DNA of 59,964 nt, filler included, from Sphacelaria rigidula (lineage: Eukaryota): assembly GCA_964200075.2 (NCBI GenBank). It is 9 parts of 9 records of this genome, joined end to end, with 100 filler letters (N's around TTAATTAATTAA, not from the genome) between each part and the next. Parts side by side here need not be neighbours in the genome. Positions count along the whole stretch, not along the records: positions 6,676 to 13,249 come from CAXNAA020019273.1; positions 13,350 to 19,923 come from CAXNAA020019274.1; positions 20,024 to 26,597 come from CAXNAA020019275.1; 6 more parts are not named here. One strand, written 5' to 3'. The position numbers and the translations under genes were made by a program. The notes beneath the pieces were generated by a model. The model did no database searches. It was not told the origin of the DNA and saw only the letters and a program-made list of their open reading frames with translations. Each line of letters starts with the position of its first letter. The first letter of the stretch is position 1. Below are positions 11,710 through 23,687 of this stretch, in pieces.

Positions 11710-13060
11710 TACTACGAGCTGGGCCGCTCTAGATACGAATTTGAGCTCTCAAAGCGATATCTCATCGACACAGGCGAGTTGGGCCGTGATGGGCATATCG
11801 TATTAATCGTCTAATCAAGGGGAAGGTGCCCATCTGCTCAAAATTCTGGGCCAATTTTTTCTCGTTGACTAAATTCCATGTCGAAGTAATTCCTATACCG
11901 TACGGAGATAGCGTTCGTACTCAATTCTTTATTAAACCCCGAACGGTTTACACAGCGGGTGACGATAATTTTTTGTGTGGACATTCCCTGGAGCACGAGG
12001 AGACGATCGAATACCCTCAATTTCGCCTAATTTGTGATCTATCTCGAGATATGGCGCACATAAGATGATATACTAAAATAAATATATTTCGCGCAGAGGC
12101 ACTCAATACACCAATAATCTGGATATTGCGATTCAGTCTTTGAGAGTTGTGCTTTGAAATTTCGTGTGGAGAATCGCTAGTAGTGCACAATGAAAAAAAA
12201 ATCGTCTCCCGTTTGTTTTTTGTTTTTTAGGAAGTTTTATGGGAAAATGGACAATGCTCCCGGACCTCATCTTAGTTATTCAGCTCAGTTCCAAGAATTG
12301 AGATTTGAAACTTTTAGTAACAGTGGATTCTCGAAAATGGGGTTGAAAAAAATTAGGTTCAACTCAAAAGCCGTGCTTTCCCTGATTTAAATTAACAACA
12401 GATGACTTTCATATGAACGACCCCATCCCTCCCGACCTCCCTAAAACTATTTGGGTAGATTTCTAGCCTGGTATGTGCGAAGGTACGATCATTGGGCCAA
12501 AAAACGTCCTTTTTTCACCCCGAAATCAAGTAGTGTGCTTTCGCACATACCCTTTGGGGGAACGGAAGGCTAGAAATCCTCCGAAATAGTTTGAAGGAGG
12601 TCGGGAGGGATGAGATTGTCCGTATGAAAGTCATTTCTCATGAATTTAGGTCAGGGAGAGCACGGCTTTGAGTTGAACCTCATTTTTCTCAACCCCTTTT
12701 TCGAGAATCCACCGTTCAATAATGATGGAGAATCAATCAAAATGGCTTCGTTTTTTCTTAGAGAGTTATTGGCGTTCTCATGAAAATATGGTCTTCATTA
12801 CACTAAAACGTCCTAAACAAGTGAAGATATCCAAATATATGTATCAATCTTTCCCACTTTTTTTTTGGTTCGTTATGGCCTCGCGACATCGCATACAAAA
12901 ATTTCATAAGACAAGCACCGAACCTTGGCCAGTAAATGGCCTGGAAAATATTGTTCCGATTTTGCCCAACCCGGTTTCTAACTCGTCCCGACACTCAATT
13001 TTGAGAGTTGGACTTTCAAATTTGGTACGGCGAAATAATGAAGCATGCTCAAGAAGTGCC
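11710..13060. repeat. Dispersed ~1-kb repeat, copy A (interrupted by a foldback insertion)
   Basis: Collinear with 36840-37830 (shared TACGAGCTGGGCC, CTCATCGACACAG.CGAGTTGGGCCGTGAT, AAGGGGAAGGTGCCCATCTGCTCAAA) apart from the 12319-12716 insertion. Confidence 0.75.
12319..12716. mobile_element. Foldback/MITE inserted into the dispersed repeat
   Basis: AACAGTGGATTCTCGAAAATGGGGTTGA... / ...TCAACCCCTTTTTCGAGAATCCACCGTT long inverted arms; absent from the homologous copy near 37475. Confidence 0.8.
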
Positions 13061-13067
13061 AAGCAGC

Positions 13068-13140
13068 CTTCTTCTTCTTCTTCTTCTTCTTCTTCTTCTT
13101 TTTCTTCTTCTTCTTCTTCTTCTAATAATAATAATGATAA
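13068..13140. repeat. (CTT)n then (TAA)n microsatellite
   Basis: Directly visible. Confidence 0.9.
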
Positions 13141-13249
13141 TATCCATCACATTAGCTCGATCTCTCGAACCCGTGGTCACAGAGTGCAAGGAGCATACCA
13201 CCAATATTATACCCAAAACCCAAATAGCCCGCAGAAGAAGGCAAGAAAC

Positions 13250-13349
13250 NNNNNNNNNNNNNNNNNNNNNNNNNNNNNNNNNNNNNNNNNNNNTTAATTA
13301 ATTAANNNNNNNNNNNNNNNNNNNNNNNNNNNNNNNNNNNNNNNNNNNN
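13250..13349. other. Artificial contig linker
   Basis: N44-TTAATTAATTAA-N44. Confidence 0.98.
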
Positions 13350-15592
13350 ATCTCGGCAGCAGTCTCTGCATAAAAACGCAAACGAGCTTCATGGGCGGTC
13401 TGAACACGACCCGAAACAATGTTTTGAATCTCAAACACGTGCGGGTGGTGAGTACCAACCACTCTCCATGGACCAGACCAAGTCGCCATCAACTTGGGCG
13501 TACGCACGCGTGCATACAAGACGTAGTCGCCTACCTCAAAATTGGGCAAATCCAGCCCCGACGAGGACCCCTCACGTCTACGCGCACGTGCAGCGGCAAC
13601 AGGTTCCTGCACTTGAAGGTGGAAACGTTCGTGCAAGTCCAAGACTCCTTGCAATGCACCCTTACTTTGAACATCGTCCAACACATCACACTTCCACTCC
13701 CCCGCCGACGAAGACGCCAGCACCGAGAAAGACGTCCGAGGGTCACGACCAAGCATCACGTTGTACAGCGTACTATCGTAACGACGGCGATACGCTGTAT
13801 TAAGCGCCCATTACACCGCCGGCAACACGTCCACCCACTCGAGAACCGCTCTACGCTGCTCGAGAAGAATAGAGCGAAGAGCACGAACTACTTCCTTGAC
13901 CATGCATTCGCACGTACCCTTGAACCACGAAGAATACTCTACCGCAAACTGGTGACCAACGCGTAAAGCCTCTCGCAATCGGTCCAAGATCGCATTCTTA
14001 AAATGTCTGGCGGTTTCACTCACCCACATACGCGTCACCCCCAACTTTTTGCACCAATTCAGCAAAGACGCAGCGGTCGATTCAGCAGTGCACACTGCTA
14101 CTGGTTCCAGAGCCACCAAGTTGCTCATATCATCCATGATTACCAAAATGTATCGAAACCTAGCATCCTCCGACAAACCCTTTGTAAGCTAGCGGGCCAC
14201 TCTCGCCCACGTAGAAGAAGTCAAAATGAACGACTTCATTCGGCGTGTTCTCATGGATCGTTTCTCCCAGCGGGCGGGGAACAACACCGCCCGCCCTCGA
14301 GTCAGCACAGTGAAGACACTGGCGGACACATTCGCGCACATGAGTTTCTATCCCCTGCCAGACACAAAACTCTTGCAAGAGCACGAGCGCCGCAGCCATA
14401 CCACGATGCCCGGCGTCGCGCATGTGCCTGCTAATCATCAGACGTACCTGCCACTGTTTGTCAGAACTCGGAATCCACAAAACGTTTCGGCCACGCACAT
14501 GCACACAAAACAAACCTTCATTGTCCAAGATAGCAGTACCCACGTCCGATTCAAAAGGTCGCACATCCACATCTTCGGCCCCAAGGTCATTTCGTTGGGC
14601 TTGATGGACAACAGATTTGGACGGCATCGAGTCATCAGGTTCACAGGGACCATATACAGCCGCAGTGCGCACAGGCATTTCAATTTCAACTGTAGTCACC
14701 TGCATGACCAAACTACCCCAATGACACTCAGATTCATCCGGACACATAAACACCTGACAATCAGGACGAGGATGGAACAGCGTCACGGTATGAGCCACCA
14801 GATCCTTGGCAGCCGCCCACGCCTGCAGCCTGCCCTCCGTCCACGATGTAGCCTTCTTTGGAAACGCCGTCTCGGGACTGGACCACCCCGCCTGCATATT
14901 CCGTAACACCAATCCGAGCACCAAAAGAGCCGCCATGCACAATGCCGACCAACTCAACATCACTGGATCGTACCGCCGCGGCTTCGTCTTCACCGCGGAC
15001 GCCCCAGGTTTTTGCTGAACACGCATGGACTCAACGCGCGCAGGGGGATCACCCCGCAGCGCACGACGAAACGCGTTGACGCGGCAATGCAATATGCCGC
15101 GCAGGCGCTCCGCTTTTGAGATGCTGAGGCCTGTCGCCCCAGCATCCGTCACGCTGTCCTCCAGCGGGGAGACATCCGCGTCTTCATGGAGGAATCCCAC
15201 AACCGCCAAGCGTTGATTCCAATATCCTGAACCCTCGGCAACCCCAGAAGAATGGCGCCATCCGACCCCGGAATGATCGCAAACAACATCGGAGGCAACC
15301 GCGCCGGCCCCCAGGAAGTCTTCAAAGTCAGCTGCAGTGGTACCGTACACTCTGTGACGTAAAGATGCTGACCCGACGCGGTGACAGCCTGCCACGCCCC
15401 GAGCGAAAACGGAATGCGCAGCGGCACTCCCAGGAGAAGACGCTCCGACATCTCTACAATCTGTACCGACAGACGCACATGACCTGTCAAGTGGGCCCCA
15501 GAAGCCCACTTAGCCTGAATCGCAATGGCTCCACGCACCCGTTGATTTCGGAGACAGAGCTCCGCAGGAACGTAGGTGTGCGCAGACTCCAC
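13350..15592 (-). pseudogene. pol: Frameshifted pol (protease, truncated RT/RNase H, integrase)
   Basis: Split over ORFs 15149-15592, 14160-15509, 13811-14176 and 13350-13759; the protease DSGA motif reads ASGA; no YxDD motif present. Confidence 0.8.
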
Positions 15593-15884
15593 TGGCCCTT
15601 TATTGGCCGACCGATGCGCCGCTCATCCCACTTAACGCTACGGCTGCGCAAGCTGCGCAAGCTGCGCAGGCGAAGACGCCCTGGCAGGTGCAAACCGCAC
15701 CTCCGGCGGGTATGAACCCCAGCCAACAGACCAAGAATTTGGCGAACCTCCGGCCAGCGCGCCAGCAGACGTCGCACCTGGCGCTGCAGCCGGCGTCGCC
15801 GCCGGCGCCACCACCGGCGCGGTGCAGTGTTCGACACTGTATAAGTCAGGCCCACCTGCACCGCCCATTGCGGAGCAGCAGCAC

Positions 15885-16415
15885 CTACGGCGGCGCCGGA
15901 CCCAGAACCAGGCCCATGCTGACGCCGCTGCCCCTGCTGCTGCTGCTGAGGACTCGACTGCGACCCTCCACCGCCGGAGTATCCACCGCCGTCACCACGA
16001 TCACCTCATCCTTTGCCGTTGTGCTGATGCGCGCAGCATGAGATTGCCCAGACTCTCCACGGCGCGCAGCATGAGAAGACGTGGGGCAATCGCCCGCGTA
16101 ATGGCCGACCTGGTCACAACAGTGGCAAGTGCCCGCCGCATGCCCAGCATGCTTTTTGATCGCTGCAACCAATTGCGGCGGGGTGATCGTGATCGTTTTA
16201 TGCCCCAAACGAGCGAACACTCTCTGCACATAAGTCGGCATTTGTTGAGTCATTGGCACCAACTGATGCCGCACAGCACCCCCTGCGTTAGCGTGCTTCA
16301 CGCGCTTCTTGTACTCAAAGTACTTCGTAATAAAAGTGCGAGATGCACTCTTTGAGTATCTATCCCCATATTGGGGAGGTCGCAACTCTTCCCGCATGAC
16401 CGCGGGTGTCGCCAT
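15885..16415 (-). pseudogene. gag: gag-like ORF with CX2CX4HX4C zinc knuckle
   Basis: ORF 15885-16415 contains TCHCCDQVGHYAGDCP. Confidence 0.75.
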
Positions 16416-16725
16416 AGCTGCAGCTGTAACCGGTTATCTGCGAACCGTTGCAGGCCAGCGGACCTTCGCGAATTGCACACTTCACCCTTGCTTCGTCGCC
16501 GCAACACACAGTCGTAGGAGCCTCCAAACTCCCGCTGCAGGTAGCTTCAGCCAGTTTCCAGTCCGGATCAATCACAGGCCAGCTGCCTTTCTGCAGCTGC
16601 CTCAGCTGGTACCCTCTCCACGCGTCCGTGGTTTATCAGGTTCACACAGCTACCAGACTTCTCCGCCGATTTCCTTCCCAGCAGGTTTCTAGCACTGACA
16701 CTAGCACTAGTACTAACATTGATAT

Positions 16726-16945
16726 TGTGACGCCAGCCAGTGGAAGAACTGCTGGATCACTGCTGTTGAGGGACTCCCCAGTCTTACTGCCCTCAGTTTC
16801 AGTTGTCAGCCTTTACAACATCTCATTATTCAGGAGTGCCCTTGTAGGCACAGCCTCCTAGACACGCCAGGGTATTAACCTAGCGTCCCCGGTCATTATC
16901 CAGATCATCACTACCAAATCAACGTTACGGCGTTATTTCGTCACA
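16726..16945 (-). repeat. Probable 5' LTR (220 bp)
   Basis: Bounded by 7-bp inverted termini TGTGACG...CGTCACA, just upstream of gag. No canonical TGG primer-binding site seen. Confidence 0.6.
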
Positions 16946-17583
16946 GTCCGTACTCGATAATGATGTAGCTGTAGTAACGTTCGTTGATCCCGTTCCGTCC
17001 GTTCTCGGTGATGATGGTTTTAGCTACTCGCCTCCGTCCGCGCCCTCACTCTCTCGTAGTTGCTGTAGTATGTGGTGGTCGTGTAAATGTTCTGAGAGCA
17101 GTTAAGTACTGCGACTTGATCGCACGAATAAGTGTTCCGTTTCGAACAAAACACGAGAAGTTCAAGTGACGTCACACACACGTCCCTGGAGATGCTGTGG
17201 CCTACTGCGCGCGGATAGGACCGATGTTTCTGGTGATGTTCGAGTGCGCTGAAGATGTGCCTTTGGTTGCTTGCTTCTCGATAGTGGATACTGTCCTCGG
17301 GCTTTCCGGTGGAGTCACTTAGGGCGGTTGCTTCTTAAAAAGCAGGTGGTTTTTGTTTGTGTTGATGGCTGATGGGAAATTTCTGTGCCGCGTCTTCTGC
17401 GCTCGATGTTCCTGGGACGTTGAATCGCCCCGCGTCCCACGTAGGCAGGTGAGGTGGCTAGACCCTGCTGCATTGCTGGTGGACCTGTTTTCTTGATGCC
17501 AAGCACTTGTCTGATGTACTGTTTCTTCTCTCGTGTTTTTGTAACTTTGATGTCGGAACTGTCCAGGTGTGATGCCTCGGGCT

Positions 17584-17622
17584 GGTGGTGGTGGTGGTGG
17601 TGGTGGTGGTGGTGGTGGTGGT
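17584..17622. repeat. (TGG)n microsatellite
   Basis: Directly visible. Confidence 0.9.
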
Positions 17623-18429
17623 GCGACTGCTGCGGCTGATGATTATAATGACGACGACGAGGATGATGGTGATAATAATCACGCTCCTTCTGCCATAAAG
17701 TTGTCAGTCTTCTTGTTGTAGAGGATGGGATAACGTAAGTTCCTGCACCCCTGTCGTAATGTCCACACTGCCAAAGTCGACACGTTTCTACTGTTAGTAA
17801 AATATCAGCTTTTGTCTACTATCTGTACTGTTGTGTGCACTAGCAGGCTTGACACATGAAGATCTATATCTACTGTAATTTGAACTACTTCTCATTTTTT
17901 CCGGTGAACCGCACGCTCTTTTCGCTGTTCTGCCGAACGCTGTCGGAGGTGGTTCTGCGATCTTGACTGCTCCTGCCAGTTTGATGTCCAGTTCACATAC
18001 TGCTGCTGATAATGCTGTGCCCATCCCCATACATGCTGTGGATACCACCGTGGTCGTGAGTGCTGACCCGATCCTTTAGTTGAAGGTTATCGAATTCCAA
18101 ACAATCTGCGTACTCATGCAGTGTAACGTCCCACCACAGTTGCTAATCGGAATTTCAAAATCTCCGAGGTCTACGCAGGAATTAGCCGAAAAAAAGGTTG
18201 AAATGCCTTTTGCCAATGCACACGTGGACAAATAGCACCCTGTAGGACGAGCTGCACAGGGTTCTCCACAGTTTTGTGAAAACCCCTGTGTAGCGTTTAC
18301 AAACCCTAGTACCTGTAATAGCATTTTGCATAGCGTTTTTGTCGAAACCCTGCAAGCAACCCTGTGGAGAGGCCTTCCCATTTTGGAACATTTCAGATTA
18401 ATTTGGTACAAAATCTGTGAGTTTATTCT

Positions 18430-18531
18430 TTTGGAATAGCTTCTCCTGCTGTCCGAGATGATTTCCTTTTTGTCCGATTTGAATCGGGCAAAAAGGAAAT
18501 TATCTCGGACAGCAGGAGAAGCTATTCCAAA
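18430..18531 (+). other. 50-bp near-perfect hairpin with 2-nt loop
   Basis: 18430-18479 versus 18482-18531: only two mismatches, both G-U pairs in a plus-strand RNA. Confidence 0.85.
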
Positions 18532-18981
18532 CAGATCCTTTTTTCGCCCAATATAAATGGGCAAAAAAAGGATATATTGCGAACAGCTTCTTCTGCTGCG
18601 CAAATCCCATACACACTGGCAGATTTGGAATTTGAACAGCAGAAGAAGCTCGAAATAAAGTTTCACTTTGCCCTCCATTTCATCCGGAGATTGGGGGAAA
18701 AGAGATTCATTGCGAACAGCGTCAGCTGAGCATATCCCGCATACTGCACCGTTATCAGCATATGGGATCCGACAAGCAGAAAAAAATGTCGAAGGTAATT
18801 GATCCTTTTGCCCCTCGGTCCATGCACATGGGCCAAAGGAGGAATAATTCTCAACAACTTTTGCTGAATGGAGATCCGACACACTGGTTACGATCGAGTG
18901 TATGTCCACACGTCTATGAGTTCAGATACGACGCTTTCGCTCAAGATGTGGATTTAGAAGGACGGTATATACTTCGCATAT

Positions 18982-19851
18982 GACTGCACATTGCTTTTGA
19001 AAACCCCGTGGTCCGCAGTCTACCAAAACCACTCAACCGAGTATGCTTTTGTTCAGAGAGGTTTTTGTATGATAGTTATTATAAGGACAAAATATCACGA
19101 TCAATGCAACAAATCAGGTAACTCAATAGGCAACTTAACGCGCTTCCGAACACAAAATAGTGAGTTCAATTCTCATCTCTGCCACTTCTAGACCGTTTTT
19201 CTACCAGTACCATGCCCATGCTTTACAGAGTATATCGTATGCCTGCTGTGAAGGCTGCACAGCATATTAACAGCGATGAATTCTACACGGAGTGACGAAA
19301 CCCTATGAAGCGCCCTGTGTGGCACAAAATAGTACCCTACAGTCAAATCCCCGCGAGGAACCGTGCACAGTTTCCCTGAAGCCTGTGAAGCGTCTTGTGG
19401 GGCGCAAAATAAACCCTATAGTCAGATCCCCGCGAGAAACACTGCACAGTTTCCCTGAACCCTGTAGACATGTCCCGCAGGGTGCTATTGGTCCACGGGT
19501 GTCGTATACGACTGCACATTGCTTTTGAAAACCCCGTGGTCCGCAGTCTACCAAATTCACTCAACCGAGTATGCTTTTGTTCAGAGAGGTTTTTGTTTGA
19601 TAGATATTACAAGCACAAAATACTTACGCGTAAACAGCAGATAGATCAGGTCGCTCAATAGGCAACCTGACGCACTCCCGTGCACGAAGTAGTGAGTTCA
19701 TTACTCACCCCTGCCACTCCGCGACCGTTTTTTCCTGCCATTACCATGCCCATGCTGTATGGAGTATATTACATGCGTGCTATAAAGGCTGCACAGCATA
19801 TTAACAGCGATGAATTCTACACGGAGTGACGAACCCTATGAAGCGTCCTGT
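18982..19851. repeat. Two ~340-bp direct repeats (18982-19318, 19510-19851) with ~190-bp internally repetitive spacer
   Basis: Both start GACTGCACATTGCTTTTGAAAACCCCGTGG and end ...CCCTATGAAGCG(C/T)CCTGT. Confidence 0.85.
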
Positions 19852-19923
19852 AACAGGGTTGCCGGAAAAATGAGAACGTATTTTGAAATGAGAATCCACC
19901 GCTCCCCGGGATTGTGTCCATTT

Positions 19924-20023
19924 NNNNNNNNNNNNNNNNNNNNNNNNNNNNNNNNNNNNNNNNNNNNTTAATTAATTAANNNNNNNNNNNNNNNNNNNNN
20001 NNNNNNNNNNNNNNNNNNNNNNN
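19924..20023. other. Artificial contig linker
   Basis: N44-TTAATTAATTAA-N44. Confidence 0.98.
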
Positions 20024-20226
20024 CGGTGGTGCCCCGCGGCGTCGTCTCGGGGGGGGGGGGGGGGGGGGGGTAGCAAAAACTCATGCTCCGATGTTTGGCC
20101 GAAATCGTTCATTTGTTTTGGTTTGTTTGCCGTTACCCCCTCGAATTCCAATCCATTTCGGGGAGCAAGTTTTACTTTCTACCCTCATCGCTTTAAGCTG
20201 TACAGGGGGTCAAGAGAAGGGAGTAT

Positions 20227-20650
20227 GACGCGAAAACGCTGAAACTGCGATTTGGGGTGGGGAACCTGGACTTGCGAGGAAGAATAAAGTATATGCACAT
20301 GATTCCTCTTCTGGCATAGTAATAGAGAGTAGAGCTCATAGAGAGGGGGAATGTGAAATATACAAGGAGATGAAGAAGCTAGAGGAATATGGCATTGAGA
20401 AGGTAGCTTCAATAGATGATGACGAGATAACGAACGCTACAAGTATACTGCAGTAGGAGATAGACCGGTGGCCACACACTGCGAAACAGGAAGAGGATGG
20501 GATACGTAGAAAGTGTTTGGTCAATGTTTGAGCAACGATCGCCAAGCTGTTGAAGGTATCTCTATGAGGAGTTGGAACGGTGCTCCGTCTCGAAAGGGAT
20601 GCGTGATCAATGATCAGATTACTAGGACAAGCAAAAAAAGAGCACGGCCC
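20227..20650 (+). mobile_element. Degenerate LINE ORF2 3' end (C-tract family)
   Basis: Remnant peptides AKTLKLRFGVGNLDL ... RWPHTAKQE ... RSWNGAPSRKGCVIN; followed by a poly-C run. Confidence 0.7.
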
Positions 20651-21032
20651 TTCCCCCCCCCCCCCCACCCCTTCTTTGCCATATCCCCCACCCCGCGATG
20701 CGATGGTGACGTGATTGAGACGTGTCAACTCAGTAGGTATGTGTACGTGTCCATCCATGTCCTCGAGAAACGTTTCAGAATATTGTTCAACGTAACATGC
20801 TGAGCGTGCCTAAGAAATATGGAGCACGTCTCAAATCTATATGCGCTACAATATTCATACACTCTCTGCCCTTGTCTGTCTGTATCTCCATGCCAAAATC
20901 ATTATCCAGGAATCAAACATCACCGACTCCCAAGTACACACATATGAACACACCACAACTCATACGCGATGCACGTAAGTGACACCTTACCCCGCCCCCC
21001 GCCCCCCTCCCCCCTCCCCTCCGTCCCACAAG

Positions 21033-21367
21033 GCGTCGTCGTGAGTGCAAAGAAAGCAGCGCATGGAGAGTTATACGCCAAGTGGAAACGCACGTCCAAC
21101 CGCAAGGTAGGGCGAGAGGGAGACGAGGAAGGGACGTCTGACAGAACAGGCGATGGCGCCGCAAGCGCGGGCGGTGGCGGCTGGGGCTCTGGCGGCGGGC
21201 GCGGGCGGCGCGGAGGATGGGGAGCAGCTGGGGAGGGCCCCGGGGGTGCTTGGGGCAAGGAGGAGAGGGCTGTGGGTTCTGGCGGTGCTTCTGGTGCTTC
21301 TGCTAATGGTCGTGTAGTTAGGAGTGAGCTGCGCAACAAGGATCAGATTAGGAAGGCGAAGGCGAAG
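21033..21367 (+). CDS. DBP10: Penultimate exon, DEAD-box RNA helicase DDX54/DBP10 C-terminal domain
   Basis: GVVVSAKKAAHGELYAKWKR...GDEEG and VRSELRNKDQIRKAK match the DBP10 C-terminal signature (G..i.......LY.KWK ... ELK...QI.K). AAG acceptor at 21030-21032, GTATGT donor at 21368. Confidence 0.8.
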
Positions 21368-21563
21368 GTATGTATGTATATATCTGTGTGCGTTTATTTA
21401 ACTATTGTGCGCGGCTTATTTTTTTTTCATGACTGGTGGTCTTGGAGCACGACCAATGTTGGTGTGTATTTGCAGCGGCTTTGTATTCGTCATTCTTATA
21501 TTTTCACCTCTGTTTGTGTGTGAGAGTGGGGGGTGAGTGAGCGGTGGGCTCTGGGGGAAGGTA

Positions 21564-21632
21564 GGGCGCAGTTATTTGTTGCTTGCCTTGGTCATTTGAC
21601 TAGTGACCATTCCTCACTTTGAAGACGGGGCA
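21564..21632 (-). mobile_element. LINE 3'-end fragment (C-tract family) in DBP10 intron
   Basis: TTATTTGTTGCTTGCCTTGGTCATTTGAC is the reverse complement of the family tail; G-rich flanks. Confidence 0.6.
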
Positions 21633-22218
21633 GGGGGAGGGGGGGTGCTAACACTCTACGAGGAGGTGGTACGTATGGCGAAATATTCTATATGGCTCCC
21701 TGCATACATACGTGTCACCTTTCCCTGTGAGGGGATGTTGAGCGGTTAAGTTACTTCCCTGTCAATCGGCTTGTACGCATGTTACGGTGTCAAAGACAAA
21801 AAAAACAATGCCGTCCAGTTCTGTTATCGTGTTGTGCTTGTTTCGCATATCCACAGAACACCTGTCGGTTCTTCGCGTTTTCGCCCACCGCGGTCCCCCC
21901 CCCCCGCCTGTGAATGTCCGTTTCACCAGAAACCCGCTGTTGTCGGGGTCTTCGCTTCACCCTCCCGTTATCTTGTTCCGTTTGGCGTCATCCGTCGTTT
22001 ATCTCTGTGGGTCCAATGGATTGTTTTTGCTTTGCGTTTGTCTCGCCTTCCCCTTGATGCGCGTAGATGCGCGCCGGTGACAAATTCTGATATGTTCATG
22101 TTGCGTCGTCTTTTTGTATTTTGTGTCAAATTGTCCGCTGCTGCCGTGTGCTTCCCTGTGCATATTATCGTGCTAACACTGCCTGTTGTGTTGCCGCACA
22201 TGCGCACTAATGATACAG

Positions 22219-22371
22219 GACGAAGACAAGATGCTGAAGAATATGCCCAAGGCTAAGCGTCGGGCGTTGCTGAAGAGGAAGCAAGAGAGCGCGGACCCTC
22301 GAAAACAGGCGGTCAAGAACCGAATGCAGATCAAGGGCCGCACACGCTCGAGAATGAGGGTCAAGATGTGA
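22219..22371 (+). CDS. DBP10: Terminal exon of DDX54/DBP10 (basic tail)
   Basis: Branch point CACTAAT plus CAG acceptor; phase 0 fits the upstream exon; K/R-rich DEDKMLKNMPKAKRR...RMRVKM*. Confidence 0.75.
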   Translation, partial: DEDKMLKNMPKAKRRALLKRKQESADPRKQAVKNRMQIKGRTRSRMRVKM

Positions 22372-23328
22372 TGGAAGATGAAGCAAGAAACACACACACA
22401 CGTGCACACAAACACAAACCGTCTCTAATCCAGCAGTGGCATGATACCCCCCATCATGTGCGCGAGGGAGTCTGCAAATAGCATCATTTGCTCGTTGTGC
22501 TATATCCGTTGGCGTAGTCTGGTGCAGTGGCGATCCACCTGGTGTTGCGTTGCGCCGACCGGGTTCATTTGTACTTTTCTGACGTGATGTTTTCAATGCT
22601 TTTTTGCGGGATTTGACGGGGAGGGGGCGGGTTGAGGGGGAGCGTAGGGCTTTGTCCTGCAAAAAGAGCGTAGTAATGTTGTACTTGTAACTCTTCGTTT
22701 GCCGGAGTCGGTCGTCGGGTCCTTTCGTTCATTTTTAGTGTGAAAATGGCGCGGATTCAACAGATGACCCACCCCAGCGGTCGGAAGGTGAAATTGGGGT
22801 ACTGATGATGTGTCCGGTGCGATGTGAGCTGATAAAGGTTCCTGTACATGTACAGTGGTGCTGTTTACCCGATGGATTATTTGTGTGTGATGCTTGTGAT
22901 CTTTGTTGTTGTTGATGTGGTGGTAATGATTTTGATATGCTGCAGCGCAAAGTACTCTATGCTCATACCAACCGAAGACTACAGGTCCTGTGGGCTTGCC
23001 GAGTTGGCGGTGAGATTATGATGGCACGAGAAGTATAACTCCCGAGGGGTGTCACCATACTCTTTACTCTCCTTGTCGAAAACCTGACTGGTGATTTCTG
23101 ACTCCACCGACAACCACAAGAAGTGGTTCAAACACAGATCCATTTTCTTGACTGCTACTTGTCAAACTCTCATCCAATGGTCGGAGGGAGGAAGGGGAGG
23201 AAGGATTTGACCACAATTCTTCACACAATGCTGAAGGGGAATCCTCCTGTCTGGCAGTGACGTGTGCAGCTACTCCATGTAGAGAGTTTTATGTCGTTAT
23301 TTGGCTCGAAGTAACTGCTCATACTACC

Positions 23329-23687
23329 CCGGTCGCCCCGGTGGCTCAAGTGGTAACCTCGAAACCTTTTAACGGTTGGGTCGGGTTCAAATTTCGGAAC
23401 GTTCTGGGATTTTTTCTCACACCACACCCAACGGTGGAGAGCGACTATACGTCGTGGGTACACAAAATTCGACTCCACGGTCGACGAGGGAGAGGGAGTG
23501 CTGCCCCCCTCTCGCGATAAACAAAGAAGGGCAAGCACCGCAAAATGAGGGTGCGGTGCCAAAAACAAATAACAAGAAAAAACCCCTGTGTTGACCTTCC
23601 TCCCGTGTGACACCGGCTGGTGCGTCCACATATACCGAAAGGGGCATAGACCGGCGTCCAGAAGAGATGGGACGACAACACACACAC
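23329..23687 (+). mobile_element. tRNA-derived SINE, full-length copy 3
   Basis: GGTCGCCCCGGTGGCTCAAGTGG A box, GGTTCAAATTT B box, (CA)n tail. Confidence 0.8.

Larger units (their letters stand above)
13350..16945 (-). mobile_element. Decayed Ty3/gypsy LTR retrotransposon (3' end beyond contig)
   Basis: Order gag (CCHC knuckle CHCCDQVGHYAGDC), protease remnant, RT start, RNase H start, integrase H2C2 (H...GHRG...CVRQCLHC), core (HFDF...YILVIMDD...GTCE) and C-terminal KLMATWSGPWRV. RT-RH-INT order defines gypsy. Confidence 0.9.

Noticed and set aside
13391..14906. Plus-strand ORFs of 143-226 aa
   Set aside because: Antisense shadows of the minus-strand gypsy pol.
18076..18909. 277-aa minus-strand ORF
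   Set aside because: Runs through a DNA palindrome and repeat motifs; no recognisable domain or splice support.
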